A DNA stretch of 64,000 bases. It comes from Mobula hypostoma. Lineage: Eukaryota. Numbering within the stretch: position 1 is the first letter of the stretch; each line of letters opens with the position of its first letter. Below the pieces are notes generated by a model, which worked only from the letters and a program-made list of their open reading frames with translations, did not search any database and had not been told where the DNA came from. Shown here one piece after another: positions 47,876 through 61,402 of this stretch. Position numbers and translations under genes: made by a program. The DNA is taken from positions 108,378,001 through 108,442,000 of the forward strand of contig NC_086097.1 of NCBI RefSeq assembly GCF_963921235.1, in the 5' to 3' direction.

Positions 47876-49539
47876 GATCATTGATTTGAACTTGCTTGTT
47901 ACCCAGTTGGTCAGTGGTAATCATTCCCATTTCTATCATTCTAGTTCAAGTTCATTGAGCCAAGCCTATGATGAGATCTGGGGCTGAGTGCTCCTGACAG
48001 AATTAAAAAGTGTCCCTCAACAGTTGTTGGTCAGTTGTGCTTCATCACGCTGTCAACAGCACCTTTCATGCTTTAGTCATGATCTGATTTCTCTGGGTAC
48101 GTTTCCACATTGTGAAAACAGAACTTGTTAGAAATGCTCTGCAGATCAAACTATGGCCTTGGAGAAGGTAGCATTGATTTTCCAGGTCCATCACCCATCA
48201 TTGGCAGCTGAATCAAGCTGCGCTGAAGATCGTGGGATGAACTGGACCAAGTGAATGATGCAGTTAGTGGAGGTGTCAGCTGGGACAGGCGCTGATGGCT
48301 TGTTAATCACAGATTAGCTGCCTGGAATGGATGTTTAGAAGGTGAAGGAGGGGAAGTACCAAGTACTGTAATTACTGGAAATCAAAAATAAAAGCAAAGG
48401 TGTTAATACCTTGCAAATGTGGCAGACTCCCCACTCTTTTCTATTCTTCATTGTGGTTTACCTTATGGCTGCACCCTTGTAAATTTTTTCGGTAGTCTTT
48501 CTGGTTTGATACACTTCTCGTGGGCGGCTTGTGGGTTGGGCTCTGTAGTTCACGTTCTGTTGTTTTTCTGGTCGCTCCTTTTGTTACTATTTTGGGCAAC
48601 TTTGAGTCAGGACAGCGTACAGCCTGCAGATAAAGAAAACTGAGCTGAACTGAATATGCCTGGGATCTTTTGATAATTGGGTTTTATATTCTGTTATTTT
48701 CACTCCATTTTTTTTTGTTGCCATGCACTATTTGTTTTTATTGCAGGTGGGGGGAGGTTTGATGCTTTCGTTCGACCAGGTTCCATGGTTTTCTTTGTCT
48801 CATGGCTTTCTGTGGGGAAGACTAATCTCAGGGTTGTATACTACATACATACTATGATAATAACTATACTTTGAATCTTATAGTAAGGCAGCTAAAACAG
48901 AACACAATACCCTTCCCCAACTGCTGTCTCAGCAGCGTCCTGTACAACTGCACTATAAACCCCTAACTTTTATACTCAATACCCTTACTTATGAATTTCT
49001 GTGTGCCAAAAGCCTCCTTCATCACCATGTTTACCTGTATCTTCACTTTCAATGAACTATGTGATTGTAGTCCAAGCTTCCTTTGATCTACAACACTCCC
49101 TAGTGCCCTGCCATTGACTGTGAAAGTCCTACCTAGATCTGACTTTACGAAATGCAACACTTTGTACTAATCCAATACTACTGTAATTAACTGTTCCCCA
49201 ATTTAGCACTTCCCATGAAGGATCATTCCTGTCTTTTCCATAACTATCTAAGGTTTTATGGAGTAATGATGACAGTTCCCAAAATGCTCTCTCGCTGAAA
49301 CACTGATCATCTGGCCAGGCTCATTTTTCAGTACAAGGTCTTGTGTAGCTCCTTGCTTATTTGGACTGTCTACATACTGTGCAAGAATCCTGAATGGACT
49401 GAGAAAATTCTGCCCCATCTAAGTTTCTGACACTCAGGAAGTCCAAGTTAGTATTGGGGAAATTAAAGTCACTGCCCCGCAGTTTTAAAATGGTTAAAAG
49501 TCAAGAAAAAGAGAATAGGAAAAAATGTTTTAAGGTATA

Positions 49540-50120
49540 AAGCTATAAGATATAGAAGTAGAATTAGGTTATTTGGTCCATCGAGCCTGCTCTTCCATTC
49601 TATCATGGCTGATTTATTATACCTCTCAATCCCATTCTCCTGCCCATTACCTGTAGCCTTTGATGCCCTTATTAATCAAGAACCTATCAACCTCTGCTTT
49701 AAACATATCCAGTGACTTGACCTCCACAACCAACCGTGGCAAAGAATTCTACAAATTCACCACCTTCTGGCTAAAGAAACTCCTCCTCATCTCTGTTCCA
49801 AAAGGACCTCCGTCTATTCTGAGGCAGTGCCCTCTGGCCTTAGACTTCCCTACTCTAGGAATATCCTCTGCACGTAGACTCTACCTAAGCCTTTCAATAT
49901 TTGATAGGTTTCATTGCAATCTCGCCTCATTTTTCTAAAGTTGAGCGAGTACAGGCCCAGAGCCATCCAACATCCTTCATAAGTTAACCCTTTAATTTTC
50001 AGGATCATTTTCATAAACTTCCTCTGGGCTCTCTCCTGTGCCAGCACATCCTTTCTTAGATAAGAGAACCCCAAACTCTTCATAAGTGTGGGCTGACCAA
50101 TACCTTATAAAACCTCAGCA
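49540..50120 (-). mobile_element. CR1 3' fragment
   Basis: ORF 49850-50083 (LGLYSL.FRKMR.D); homologous to 24148-24700. Confidence 0.85.
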
Positions 50121-51929
50121 GTAACTGGTGAAGACCACAGGAATTGATTGTTGGGCTTCAGTTTAGCTTAATAAGCATGAACAATCTGGATGAGATAACA
50201 AGATGTTTCAAGGTTTGCCAATGATACTAAACTGGGCAAGGTTTACTCTGTGAGGTGGGTACAAAATGGTTTCAAGGCCATTTAAATGGATGGTGTGAGT
50301 GTACAAAACACTGCAGGTTCATTGGTAGAAAAACAAAGTTGGCAGATTATTTTAAAAAGTATTAAATTAGAATTGTTTATGTAAGAGGAGACTTGGATAA
50401 CCTTGAACAACAGTCACTGAAAGCCAATATGCGGCTTCAGTAAACTGTTAAGACACAAGAGACTGCAGATGCTGAAATCTGGAGCAACATACAATCTGCT
50501 GAAGGAACTCAGTGGGTCAGGCAACAGCTGTGAAGGAAAGGGATTGTGGACATTTCTGTGCATCAGGAGTAAGAACAGGGAAGGAAAATAGCTAGTCTAC
50601 AACCCAATAGTATGAACATTGGATTTTCCAATTTCAGGTAATCCTCACTTCCAGAATCTTTTCCTTCCAACCCCATCCTCTTATTCTCAGTTTATCTCCA
50701 GTCCTTTCATTTTCGTCCCCCTCCTGGTTGCATCCATCTAGTTCCCACACATTTTACCACCTGGTCCTGAATCCTTCCCCATCTGGTTCTGGCTCGATCT
50801 GACCTTCACCTATACTCTAATAGTTCCCATTATCAAGTTATTTACTTAACAGATTCCAGTGTTAGCAGCCTTTGTGTTTCTCCGTACAGCTGAATTCGAC
50901 TTCACCCTCCCTTCCTCCCAGCTGGTTCAACATGCCTCCTTTTTTTATCTGCCTTTATCTATCATTCAGCCATCTTTGCCTAGTGACTCTCCCCTCCGTC
51001 TTCCCTCTCCACTATCTGGTTCCATCTTCCCATCATCCATTACACTTCTTGGGCTACCATTTGGCCCCTCTCTCTCCATTCTTAGTCCTGATGCAGATAG
51101 ACCACAACTGGAATACTATGTGCAGTTTTTACCTCCCTCTCTAAGAAGGGGTACACTAGTTAGAGAGGGAATAGAGAAAGAATGCCTCAAATTGTTTCCT
51201 GGGATGGTGGGAGATTTAGTTGTCTAGGTTTGTATTCCTATAACCTGGAGGCGATCTATTTGAAGTTTAAGAAATGTTGACAGAGGTAAGTAGAGTGAAG
51301 GTGGGAAAGATCGTTCCTGTGATAAGGGTGTCCAGGTTTGAGAGGTCACGGACTCCATTTAAACTGGAGGTTTAGTACTGAGATGAGGGAACATTTCTTC
51401 ACTCAAAGGGAGGTGAATCTGAAGACTGGGAATGTGTTGTCTTTGAATTTTTTTTGGAGAAGGAATTAGAGGCATCGAGGGTTTTGGGATGGGAATGAAA
51501 GTATGGTAGTGAGATGGAGCGTCAGTGATATTTGTTTTGATTGGTGAAGCAAGTCCAAAGACCAAGTAGTTTACTGCTTTTCCTATTTTATATGTGAACG
51601 TTTTGTACTTTACAACTTATCCATTTCTTGTTTTCAATCAAATAGTACCTTTCACTGTTCATCTGATGCGCTTCTTTGATAATTGCATCCCAACAGAAGC
51701 AGGCCATGCATGTACATTTAAATGTCTGCATGGCTGCTGCCGTGTTCTCAATCTGTAAGATGTGACACAGACACAAAGAATGCTACACATTGAGTAGTGT
51801 ATGTGCAGAGAGAGGAGGTATTACTGTTTCAGGTCAAAGACCCTTCATGATTTGCATAGTTTATAATGACCAGCCTGATGACAAGTAATGTCACCTAATT
51901 AATAGCCATGGAGGCTGCCTCAGTACATG

Positions 51930-52965
51930 CAGTGGTATGTAAAAGTTTGGCACCCCTGGTCAAAATTTCTGTTACTGTGAATAACTAAGTGGGTAAAATA
52001 TGAACTGATTTCCAAAAGGCATAAAGTTAAAGATGACACATTTCTTTAATATTTTAAGCAAGAAAACTTAATATATTTCCATCTTTTACAGTTTCAAAAT
52101 AACAAAAAAGGAAAAGGGCCCAAAGCAAAAGTTTGGGCACCCTGCATGGTCAGTACTTAGTAACACCCCCTTTGGCAAGTATCACAGCTTGTAAACGCTT
52201 TCTATAGCCAGTTAAGAGTCTTTCAATTCTTCTTTGGAGGATTTTCACCCATTTTTCCTTGCAAAAGGCTTCTAGTTCTGAGAGATTCTTGGGCTGTCTT
52301 GCATGCACTGCTCTTTTGAGGTCTATCCACAGATTCTCGATGATGTTTAGGTCGGGGGACTGTGAGGGCCATGGCAAAACCTTCAGCTTGCGCCTCTTGA
52401 GGTAGTTCATTGTGGATTTTGAGGTGTGTTTAGCATCACCTGTTGTGGAAGCCATCCTCTTCTCATCTTCAGCTTTTTTTTTACAGACGGTGTGATGTTT
52501 GCTTCTAGAATTTGCTGGTATTTAATTGAATTCATTCTTCCCTCTACCAGTAAATGTTCCCTGTGCCACTGACTGCAACACAAGCCCAAAGCATGATCGA
52601 TCCACCCCCGTGCTTAACAGTTGGAGAGGGGTTCTTTTCTTGAAATTCTGCACCCTTTTTTCTCCAAACGTACCGTTGCTCATTGCGGCCAAGAAGTTCT
52701 ATTTTAACTTCATCAGTCCACAGGACTTGTTTCCAAAATGCATCAGATTTGTTTAGATGTTCCTTTTGAATACAGCTTTGAATTTTTTTGAATAAAAAAA
52801 AATGTTGAACTTTTTTTGAATAAAAAAGTTTTCTTGCTTAAAATATTAAAGAAGTGTGTCATTTTTAACTTTATGCCTTTTGGAAATCAGTTCATCTTTT
52901 ATTCGCTTAGCTATTCACAGTAACAGAAATTTTGACCGGGGTGCCCAAATATTTGCATGCCGCTG
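51930..52965 (-). mobile_element. Tc1 (DD34E) transposon, internally deleted, long TIRs
   Basis: Ends cagtggtatgtaaaagttt / tttgcatgccgctg-ta; matching aaaatttctgttactgtgaata arms; ORF 52150-52455 contains WPSQSPDLNIIENLW. Confidence 0.92.
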
Positions 52966-54575
52966 TATATTTAAGACAAGGTTGGATAAATTTTTGCACA
53001 GAAGGGGAATTAAGGGTTATGGGGAAAAGGCAGGTAGGTGGAGATGAGTCCATGGTCAGATCAGCCTAAACCTTATTGAATGGTGGAGCAGGTTGGACAG
53101 GCCAGATGGCCTACTCCTGCTCCTATTTCTTAAGTTCTTATGTTCTTGTCAGAGTCAAGTTTATTGTCCTATGGCACAAGTACAGATACACTATTGCAGT
53201 GAAAAACTTACTTGCTCAGCAACAAAGACGCAAATATTGTAGCTAAACAATTTGTCGACAAATTTCGGTAGTATCTTCAGCGCCATACAAGTCATCAGTT
53301 CATGGGGGTGGACCATCTGCCTGTTCCCTAGCTGATCAGGCATCAATGCCAGAGAGTCGTCAAACTAGAATCAATTTAGTGCCTTTGTGATCTGGGTGTG
53401 TGTATTTTTTTGGAAATCTTCCTCACTTACTTACTGGCCTGAACTTTTGCTGTGGCATTATAAGACCTCACAATTTGACCAAGTCATATTGACCAGTTTG
53501 CAAGCAGTGTGACCAAGACCAGGGTATACTTGTCCGTTGTAAACAGTGTTATCAGTTGTTTGCATTTTTTACTTTTTTGCTTAACCATATTAATGTCCTT
53601 GATTTGACTTTCTAACCATTGTTCTTGGGTCTGTTGAACACTGGGAGCAACTACAATTTATACCAAAGCATCAAATTTTCCTGTGAAGTTAAACTGCAAT
53701 GAGCAATAGGACCAAAGTTTTACAACTTTCATTGTTCACTCTACTCCTCTGTAACCCATTTCTTCCACTGCCATAACTCCTTCTATTTCTCACTTTTCAG
53801 GTTTTTCAGTTTGTACCTTGTATTTCAGTTGTAAATCTCCCCTGTATCTTGGTAGTACTGTTCACTGATATGAACCAGTGTGATGTGTATTTGTGTTGGA
53901 GTAGATTGTGTGAACTCCTAAGCCTCTTCCTCCATTTAGCAAGATTCTTGGCCTGAACTTCACCTTCTTGTCCCCACACTCTTGAAGTCCCTTGCTCTTC
54001 ATAAAATTACCATTCTCAGCATCGAATGCTGAGCAACTGCTGAACCACAGCTATGTGAGACCGACAATTTCAGATTCACGACCTGTCCAATCCTTCATCC
54101 TGCGACTATCTTCCCTTGTTCCATAATCGCCAATCAGAAGGAACAACTTCTGACATCACCTCAAGCCTTCTCAAAATCTTCAGTGCTTTACTGATCTTCA
54201 CTCGTTCTACTGCAGGTGCTGCTGAATCATTGCTCCTTCCAAAAATCAAAACTGGAAAGCTTCCTTCACAGCACCTTTAGTAAAGCAAGTTTACTCCCAT
54301 GACTTCAGATTCTGGTTTCCCAACATATGAAAACATACACCATCAATCTCCTTAATTATCTTCAAGGTCTGTGTTAGGTCACCAGCTTCTTCTTTCCTCG
54401 ATATCTCCAGCCTGAGAATATGTAATAAATATTGAATGTTGCGTGGTGAGATTTGGCTGGATAGGAGTTTGCACGAATGCAGTAGGCCAAATGACCTGTC
54501 TCTGTATTGTTTGCTTTCTGTGATTCTTTAAATAACTACTGATCTTCTGACCTTGCAGAGTGGTTTCTTTGACAG

Positions 54576-54683
54576 GTTGAATCAAGGGACTCGTTGAATA
54601 GCATTGCTCTCAAGTTTGACACTACGCCTAATGAGCTTGTGCAGCTGAATAAGTTATTCTCCAGAGCTGTGGTTCCAGGCCAG
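54576..54683 (+). CDS. OXR1: OXR1 coding exon (108 nt, phase 0-0), LysM domain: VESRDSLNSIALKFDTTPNELVQLNKLFSRAVVPGQ
   Basis: Acceptor tttctttgacAG, donor CAG|gtaacg, 36 open codons. Near-identical to the OXR1 LysM and distinct from the paralog NCOA7. Confidence 0.97.
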
Positions 54684-54979
54684 GTAACGAGCTCTCTTGT
54701 ACAATCATGAAAGAGCTGTTTATATTTTACAGACTATATGCATTATATGTAAATAAATATAACTATATCTATGAATAGTTATGTGCTGTTATCTTTGATT
54801 ACCTTAAGATTTACATAATTTCTCACACACGCTTACCATGTAGAGAACCCAAGGGCAATGAGTAGGATGAAGAAGGAACTATTAGCCAGTGAACATAATT
54901 GTTCCTCAGACATTGCTTTGTACTTCAGTCAGGTGCATCCAAACAGCAGACAAAATTTAGTTTTGTTTAATTAGATCAA

Positions 54980-55585
54980 AATACGTATTTTTCACCATAT
55001 ACAACTCTGAGATTCATCTTCTTGTGGGCATACTTAACAGGATCAATGAAAGATCAACCAGAGTGTAGAAGAGAACAAACTGTGCAAATGCAAACATAAA
55101 TAAATAGCAATAAATAACAAGAACGTGAGATAAGGACTACACAAAGTGAAGTCATTGGTTGTAGGAACAATGGTGGGACAAGTGAATGCCGTTATCCTCT
55201 TTTATTCAAGAGCCTGATCGCTGAGGGGTAGTAACTGCTCTTGAACCTGGTGGTGCAAGTCCTGTGGATCTTGTACCTTCTACCTGATGGCAGCATCGAA
55301 AAGAAGACTTGGCCTGAGCGGTGGGGACCTCTGATGATAGATGATGCTTTCCTATGGCAGAGTTTCATGTAGATGTCCTCAATGGTGAGAGGGCTTTGCC
55401 CATGAAGTACTGGGCCGAATCCACTACCTTCATAGGCATTGGTACTTTCATACCAGGCCGAGATGCAGCCAGTCAGTGCACCCTCCACTACACATCGAGG
55501 GAAATTTGTTAAAGTTTTAGATGTCATGCCAAATCTCCACAGACTCCTAAGGAAGCAGAGGCACTGCCGTGCTTTCTTCACAGTT
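54980..55585 (-). mobile_element. Rex1/Babar-like LINE 3' part
   Basis: ORF 55192-55581 KKARQ.L.FLR.L.RFGM..KTL.NF.RC.VE..LTGCI..WY...LPSGRRY....TTRFKSSYYP.AIRLLN. Confidence 0.8.
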
Positions 55586-56844
55586 ACACTTCCTTAAATG
55601 TGAATGCTTCCTGAATACAGTACACGATTAGCCATTTATTTGGTATCGTTCTAGCTTCGAGTGATAGTTTGAACATGCAATCTCTGACAGGATCAGATTG
55701 CTGTCTGCTGAGCCAAGGTGAACATCTCTGCCATGCTGGTGAGTTGTCTCTGTGATGTGACCTGAGGCTTCTGGCATCAGACTGGAGTCTCCTCAGATTC
55801 ACTGTTTACAATGACCAGTATTACAGGAATTGTAGGCTGACTAGAGATTTCTTTTGGTGAATAATAACTAATCAGAATTCCTTATTCTGTAATGAAATGT
55901 CTTTATTTGAAGTTAAGAGATTATAACAATCCCAAACACTAGGATCCCCTTCCTTCTTTCCCTAACGCTCCTTGCCAGGTGCCAACTATTTATTATACTC
56001 ACAACCATTCTGGTAACCAGTCCAACAATGATCTCATGATTTCCCCAGCACACTTCCTTTGGTGAATGTTTTGAGTTTCCCTGTCCTGACTACAACCTGC
56101 CTCAGTGGTTGAGTTCCTAAAACACCACACAATCACTGTGGCCACCCTGTGCCAACAAGTACCCCAGATCAGCCAACAGTATATGTTGCTCATATTTTCA
56201 TTCAGTCACCAGTTGCCCCTTTTCTCTTTCACTTTCTATATCCCTCTTCCGCTTCACTTTTCCCAGCTCTAATGTTGGGTCATCTGTCTGAAACATTAGG
56301 AGACAGAAGAGACTACAGATGTTGGAATCTACAAAAACCAACTGCCAGAAGAGCTTAGCAGATCATGTAGCATCTGTAGAGAGAAATGAACTGTGGACAT
56401 TTTGGATCAAAACCCTTCACTTGGACGGAATATGACAATCCAGATGAAGTGTTTGACCCAAAGCGTCAACTGTCCATTTATTTTGTATTATTTATAGACA
56501 CAGCATGGTAACCGGCCCATCCAGCCCAATGAGCCTGTGCCGCTCAGTTATACCCATGTGACCAATTGTGCATTTTCGGACTGTGGGAGTAAACCCGAGC
56601 ATCCTGAGGAAACCTACACGGTCACGTAGACAGACACTCCTTACAGACAGCAGTGGGAAGTAAACCTAGGTCCTGATGATGCTGTAAAAGTGTTGTGCTA
56701 ACAGCTACGCTACAGAGCTGCCCCATTTGCCTGATGAATTCCTCTAGCAGTTTGTATTTTTAAATCCGTTTTCCATTTTTACAGTTGCTGCTTGGCTTGC
56801 TGAGTATTTCAACCATCTTCTGTTTCTTCATTCGCTAAACTCAG

Positions 56845-57395
56845 TAGTGTTAGGAGTTTGAGCAGATTTGATTTGTCACCTAAAACACTCAAAAACTTCA
56901 ATAAATGTACAGTGGAGAGCATTCTGACTGGCTGCATCACCATCTAGTATGGGCGGGGGGGAGGAGGCTACTGCACAGGATCAAAATAAACTGCAGAGAG
57001 TTGTAAACATCATGGGTACTAGCTTCCATAGTATCCAGGACATCTTCGAGGAGCGGTGCCTCAGAAAGGTAGCATCTATCATTAAGGACCCCCACCACCC
57101 AGGGCAAACTTTGTTCTCATTACTACCAACAGAAAGGAGGTACAGAAGCCTGAAGGCACACACTCAACAATTCAGGAACAACTTCTTCCCTTCTGCCATT
57201 CTAAATGGACATTGAACCCATAAATACTACCTCACTTTTTCTTATTATTTCTGCTTTTGCTCTGCTATTTTAAATTTAACATATATATATAATTTAACTT
57301 TTTTTATATTTATCATGTATTGCATTGTAGTGCTGGTGCTAAGTTAACAAATTTCACAATGTATGCCAGTGATATTAAAACTGATTCTGATTCTG
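56845..57395 (+). mobile_element. Rex1/Babar-like LINE 3' part
   Basis: ORF 56949-57215 (IIKDPHHPG..LFSLLP..RRYRS...T..FRN.FFP.AI); ctgattctgattctga tail. Confidence 0.8.
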
Positions 57396-57766
57396 AAAGT
57401 GATTGTGCAAAAGATCAGTGTCAAGTCTATGATTTGTGCTTGCCCTTAATGGTGATAAATCACACTTCTGCCGGTGCGTTCCAGACACTGATGTGGAACA
57501 GCAATTCCTGTTTTTATCTTCCTTTCTCTCTTCCTCCAAGTTCAGTTGTACATTCCTGCCAAATGCCATTGCTACATTTATGAAGCTGCATTGTGTTAAA
57601 ATGATGAAGTAGAAGATAAAGTCTATCTTTTGTCTTCTGTATAATTTCTTTATTGATTTTAAATCAGCTGTTTAATGGAGTACTTCAGAAAAATTTGGAA
57701 TAGCACAGATCCTACAGTGGTTTATAATTAGTTGTTGAGTGCCTTTTTTTGCTCTCTCTTCTGTAG

Positions 57767-57880
57767 AATCTCTATGTTCCTGACCCAGACTATATTTCCA
57801 GTGTGGAGAGTTCACCGTCACTGAGTCCTGTCAGTCCTTTATCTGCAACATCTTCGGAAATAGAGTTTGAGAAGCCTTTG
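57767..57880 (+). CDS. OXR1: OXR1 coding exon (114 nt, phase 0-0): NLYVPDPDYISSVESSPSLSPVSPLSATSSEIEFEKPL
   Basis: Long polypyrimidine tract plus ctgtAG acceptor, donor TTG|gtaaga. Completes the LysM (LYVP) and adds the Ser/Pro-rich SSVESSPSLSPVSPLS segment of OXR1. Confidence 0.96.
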
Positions 57881-58751
57881 GTAAGAACCTGAGAAAACGG
57901 AGAAAGTATGACTCATAGCAGAAATGGGAGCTGCTTTAAAATTTAAACTACAAGAATGAGCTTGTAATATAATGTTAATGTAGTTTGTTTATTTTTATAT
58001 CAATGGAAAATGGTGAGTAGGAGTAATGTGAGATCTGTGACGTTGGATATGTGGATGTATTTCAAGGTAAGGAAATGGCAGACTTATTTGAATACATGCT
58101 GAGCGTTAGACTTCATAGGTTGAGGATGCAAAGAGAAACAAAAAATAATTCACATGTTGTCATCTTGAAATGACAAATTGCTGAAGTCATCCCATTTCTT
58201 AAAGGGAGAGAAGGGATTCTATCATTGTCTAGTGTGTGAGAATTTTTTTTTCTACTCTATGTATAAATGAGAAGTTGCAAGTAATGTTTGTGGACTAGCA
58301 CAAACCATTTAGTAATTTTGCAAGAAGAGGTTGCTAATAAAAATCTGAAAACCTGGATTTAAAGTCATTTCATTGCCCTGGGAAAGGTGAATGGCTGTGC
58401 TCCTCAGGGTTTGTACTCACACCTTTGTTGTGTTTGCAAATCTAAGTAAGAATTAGTCAGCTCCGTCATGGACACTAGCCTCCATAGTATCCAGGACATC
58501 TTCAAGGAGCAGTGCCTCAAAAAGGCAGCTTCCATCATTAAGGATCCCTCACCATCCAGGTCATGACTTGTTCTCAGGAAGGAGATACAGAAGCCTCAAG
58601 GCACACACTCAATGATTCAGGAACAGCTTCTTCCCTTCTGCCATCCGATTACTGAAATGGATATTGAACCTATGAACACTACCTCACTACTGTTTTATTC
58701 CTATTTTTGCACTACTTATTTAATTTAACTATTTAATATAATACAATCTTA

Positions 58752-60710
58752 CCATAGAACCATAGAAACTACAGCACAGAAACAGGCCCTTTGGCCCTTC
58801 TTGGCTGTGCCGAACCATTTTCTGCCTAGTCCCACTGACCTGCACACAGACCATATCCCTCCATACACCTCCCATCCATGTATCTGTCCAATTTATTCTT
58901 AAATGTTAAAAAAGAACCCGCATTTACCACCTCGTTTGGCAGCTCATTCTATACTCCCACCACTCTCTGTGTGAAGAAGCCCCCTCTAATGTTCCCTTTA
59001 AACTTTTCCCCCCTCACCCTTAACCCATGTCCTCTGTTTTTTTTCTCCCCTTGCCTCAGTGGAAAAAGCCTGCTTGCATTCACTCTATCTATACCCATCA
59101 TAATTCTATATACCTCTATCAAATCTCCCCTCATTCTTCTACGCTCCAGGGAATAAAGTCCTAACCTATTCAACCTTTCTCTGTAACTGAGTTTCTCAAG
59201 TCCCGGCAACATCCTTGTAAACCTTCTCTGCACTCTTTCAACCTTATTTATATCCTTCCTGTAATTTGGTGACCAAAACTGAACACAATACTCCAGATTC
59301 GGCCTCACCAATGCCTTATACAACCTCATCATAACATTCCAGCTCTTATACTCAATACTTCAATTAATAAAGGCCAATGTACCAAAAGCTCTCTTTACAA
59401 TCCTACCTACCTGTGACGACACTTTTAGGGAATTTTGTATCTGTATTCCCAGATCCCTCTGTTCCACTGCACTCCTCAGTGCCTTACCATTAACCCCGTA
59501 TGTTCTACGTTGGTTTGTCCTTCCAACGTGCAATACCTCACACTTGTCAGTATTAAACTCCATCTGCCATTTTTCAACCCATTTTTCCAGCTGGTCCAAG
59601 TCCCTCTGCAGGCTCTGAAAACCTTCCTCACTGTCTACTACACCTCCAATCTTTGTATCATCAGCAAATTTGCTGATCCAATTTACCACATTATCATCCA
59701 GAGCATTGATATAGATGACAAATAACAATAGACCCAGCACTGATCCCTGTGGCACACCACTAGTCACAGGCCTTCACTCAGAGAAGCAATTCTCTACCAC
59801 CACTCTCTGGCTTCTTCCATCGAGCCAATGTCTAATCCAATTTACCACCTGTCCATGTATACCTAGCGAGTGAATTTTCCTAACTAACCTCCCATGCGGG
59901 ACCTTGTCAAAGGCCTTACTGAAGTCCATGTAGACAATATCCACTGTCTTCCCTTCATCCACTTTCCTGGTAACCTCCTCGAAAAACTCCAATAGATTGG
60001 TCAAACATGACCTACCACGCACAAAGCCATGTTGACTCTCCCTAATAAGTCCCTGTCTATCCAAATGCTTGTAGATTCTGTCTCTTAGTACTCCCTCCAA
60101 TAACTTACCTACTACTGACGTTAAACTCACCGGCCTATAATTTCCTGGATTACTTTTCGATCCTTTTTTAAACAACGGAACAACATGAGCCACTCTCCAA
60201 TCCTCCGGCACTTCACTCGTAGACAGCGATATTTTAAATATTTCTGCCAGGGCCCCCGCAATTTCAACACTAGTCTCCTTCAAGGTCTGAGGGAACACTC
60301 TGTCAGGTCCCGGGGACTTATCCACTTTAATTTTCCTCAAGACAGCAAGGACCTCCTCCTTTTCAATCAGTACAGTTTCCATGGTCTCACTACTTGATTC
60401 CCTCAATTCCATAGATTTCATGCCAGCTTCCTTAGTAAATACAGACGCAAAAAACCTATTTAAGATCTCCCCCATTTCCTTTGGTTCCGCACAAAGCTGA
60501 CCACTCTGATCTTCAAGAGGACCAATTTTATCCCTTACAATCCTTTTGCTCTTAATATATTTGTAAAAGCTCTTTGGATTATCCTTCACTTTGACTGCCA
60601 AGGCAACCTCATGTCTTCTTTTAGCCTTCCTGATTTCTTTCTTAAGTATTTTCTTGCACTTCTTATACTCTTCAAGCACCTGATTTACCCCCTGTTTCCT
60701 ATACATGTCA
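58752..60710 (-). mobile_element. Young CR1 LINE (about 1.95 kb, 5'-truncated), inserted in a Rex1/Babar tail (58455-58751 and 60710-60775)
   Basis: ORFs 59774-60727, 59360-59767 and 58949-59332 share one frame, broken only by two TGA stops; full RT motif set; tail tttctatggttctatgg. Confidence 0.96.
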
Positions 60711-61122
60711 TTGTAATTGTAATTCATAGTTTTTTTTCTCTATTATGAATTGCATTGCAATGTACCGCCACTGCACTGTTTGATGGTAGAAAATGCATTT
60801 AAAATTGTCATTCATTGGAGGAAAGGTTTAGAAACTGACATTACAAAATATGAAGGAACAGAGACATTTTGGAGGTTCAAAACAAATAAATTAAAGCCAG
60901 TGGAATGATTCAGAAACTGAATTGTGGACTGTATGTGGAACTGAAAGTTGAGTAATAGGCATTTAGAGCCTATGAGAGGCTGGCTTTTGGCATGCATCGA
61001 AAGCAGGGTGAATGTGTTCCGAGAGGGATTGCAGTGGATTTAAGGGATTAAATAATGAGGGTAAGTTGTGAATATTAGATTTATGTTTTTTTTTGCATAT
61101 GGATGGTTAAGTGACCATTTAA

Positions 61123-61402
61123 CTCAGAGACACAAGAGGTACTGCAGATGCTGGAAATCTGGAATCACACACACAATGTGTTGGAGGAGCCCAGCAGGTC
61201 AGGCAGCATCTATGGATGGAGATAAACAGGGAATGTTTCGGGCCAGGGTGTTTCATCAGGACTGGAAAGGAAGGGGGATTTCTGACTTCTTCCCCCTTCC
61301 TTTCCAGTCCTGATGAAATCTCCTGGCCCGAAGCATCGACTGTTTCTTCCCGTCCATAGATGCTGCCTGACCTGCTGGGCTCCTCCAGCACATTGTGTCT
61401 AT
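61123..61402. mobile_element. Penelope-like inverted pLTR pair with 11-bp TSD TGACCATTTAA
   Basis: TSD at 61112-61122 and 61403-61413; complementary arms about 61161-61278 and 61290-61398; decayed hammerhead cores. Confidence 0.85.

Noticed and set aside
54576..57880. NCOA7 or a bacterial LysM gene
   Set aside because: The peptide (VESRDSLNSIALKFDTTPNELVQLNKLFSRAVV; SSVESSPSLSPVSPLS) is OXR1-type and is split by spliceosomal introns.
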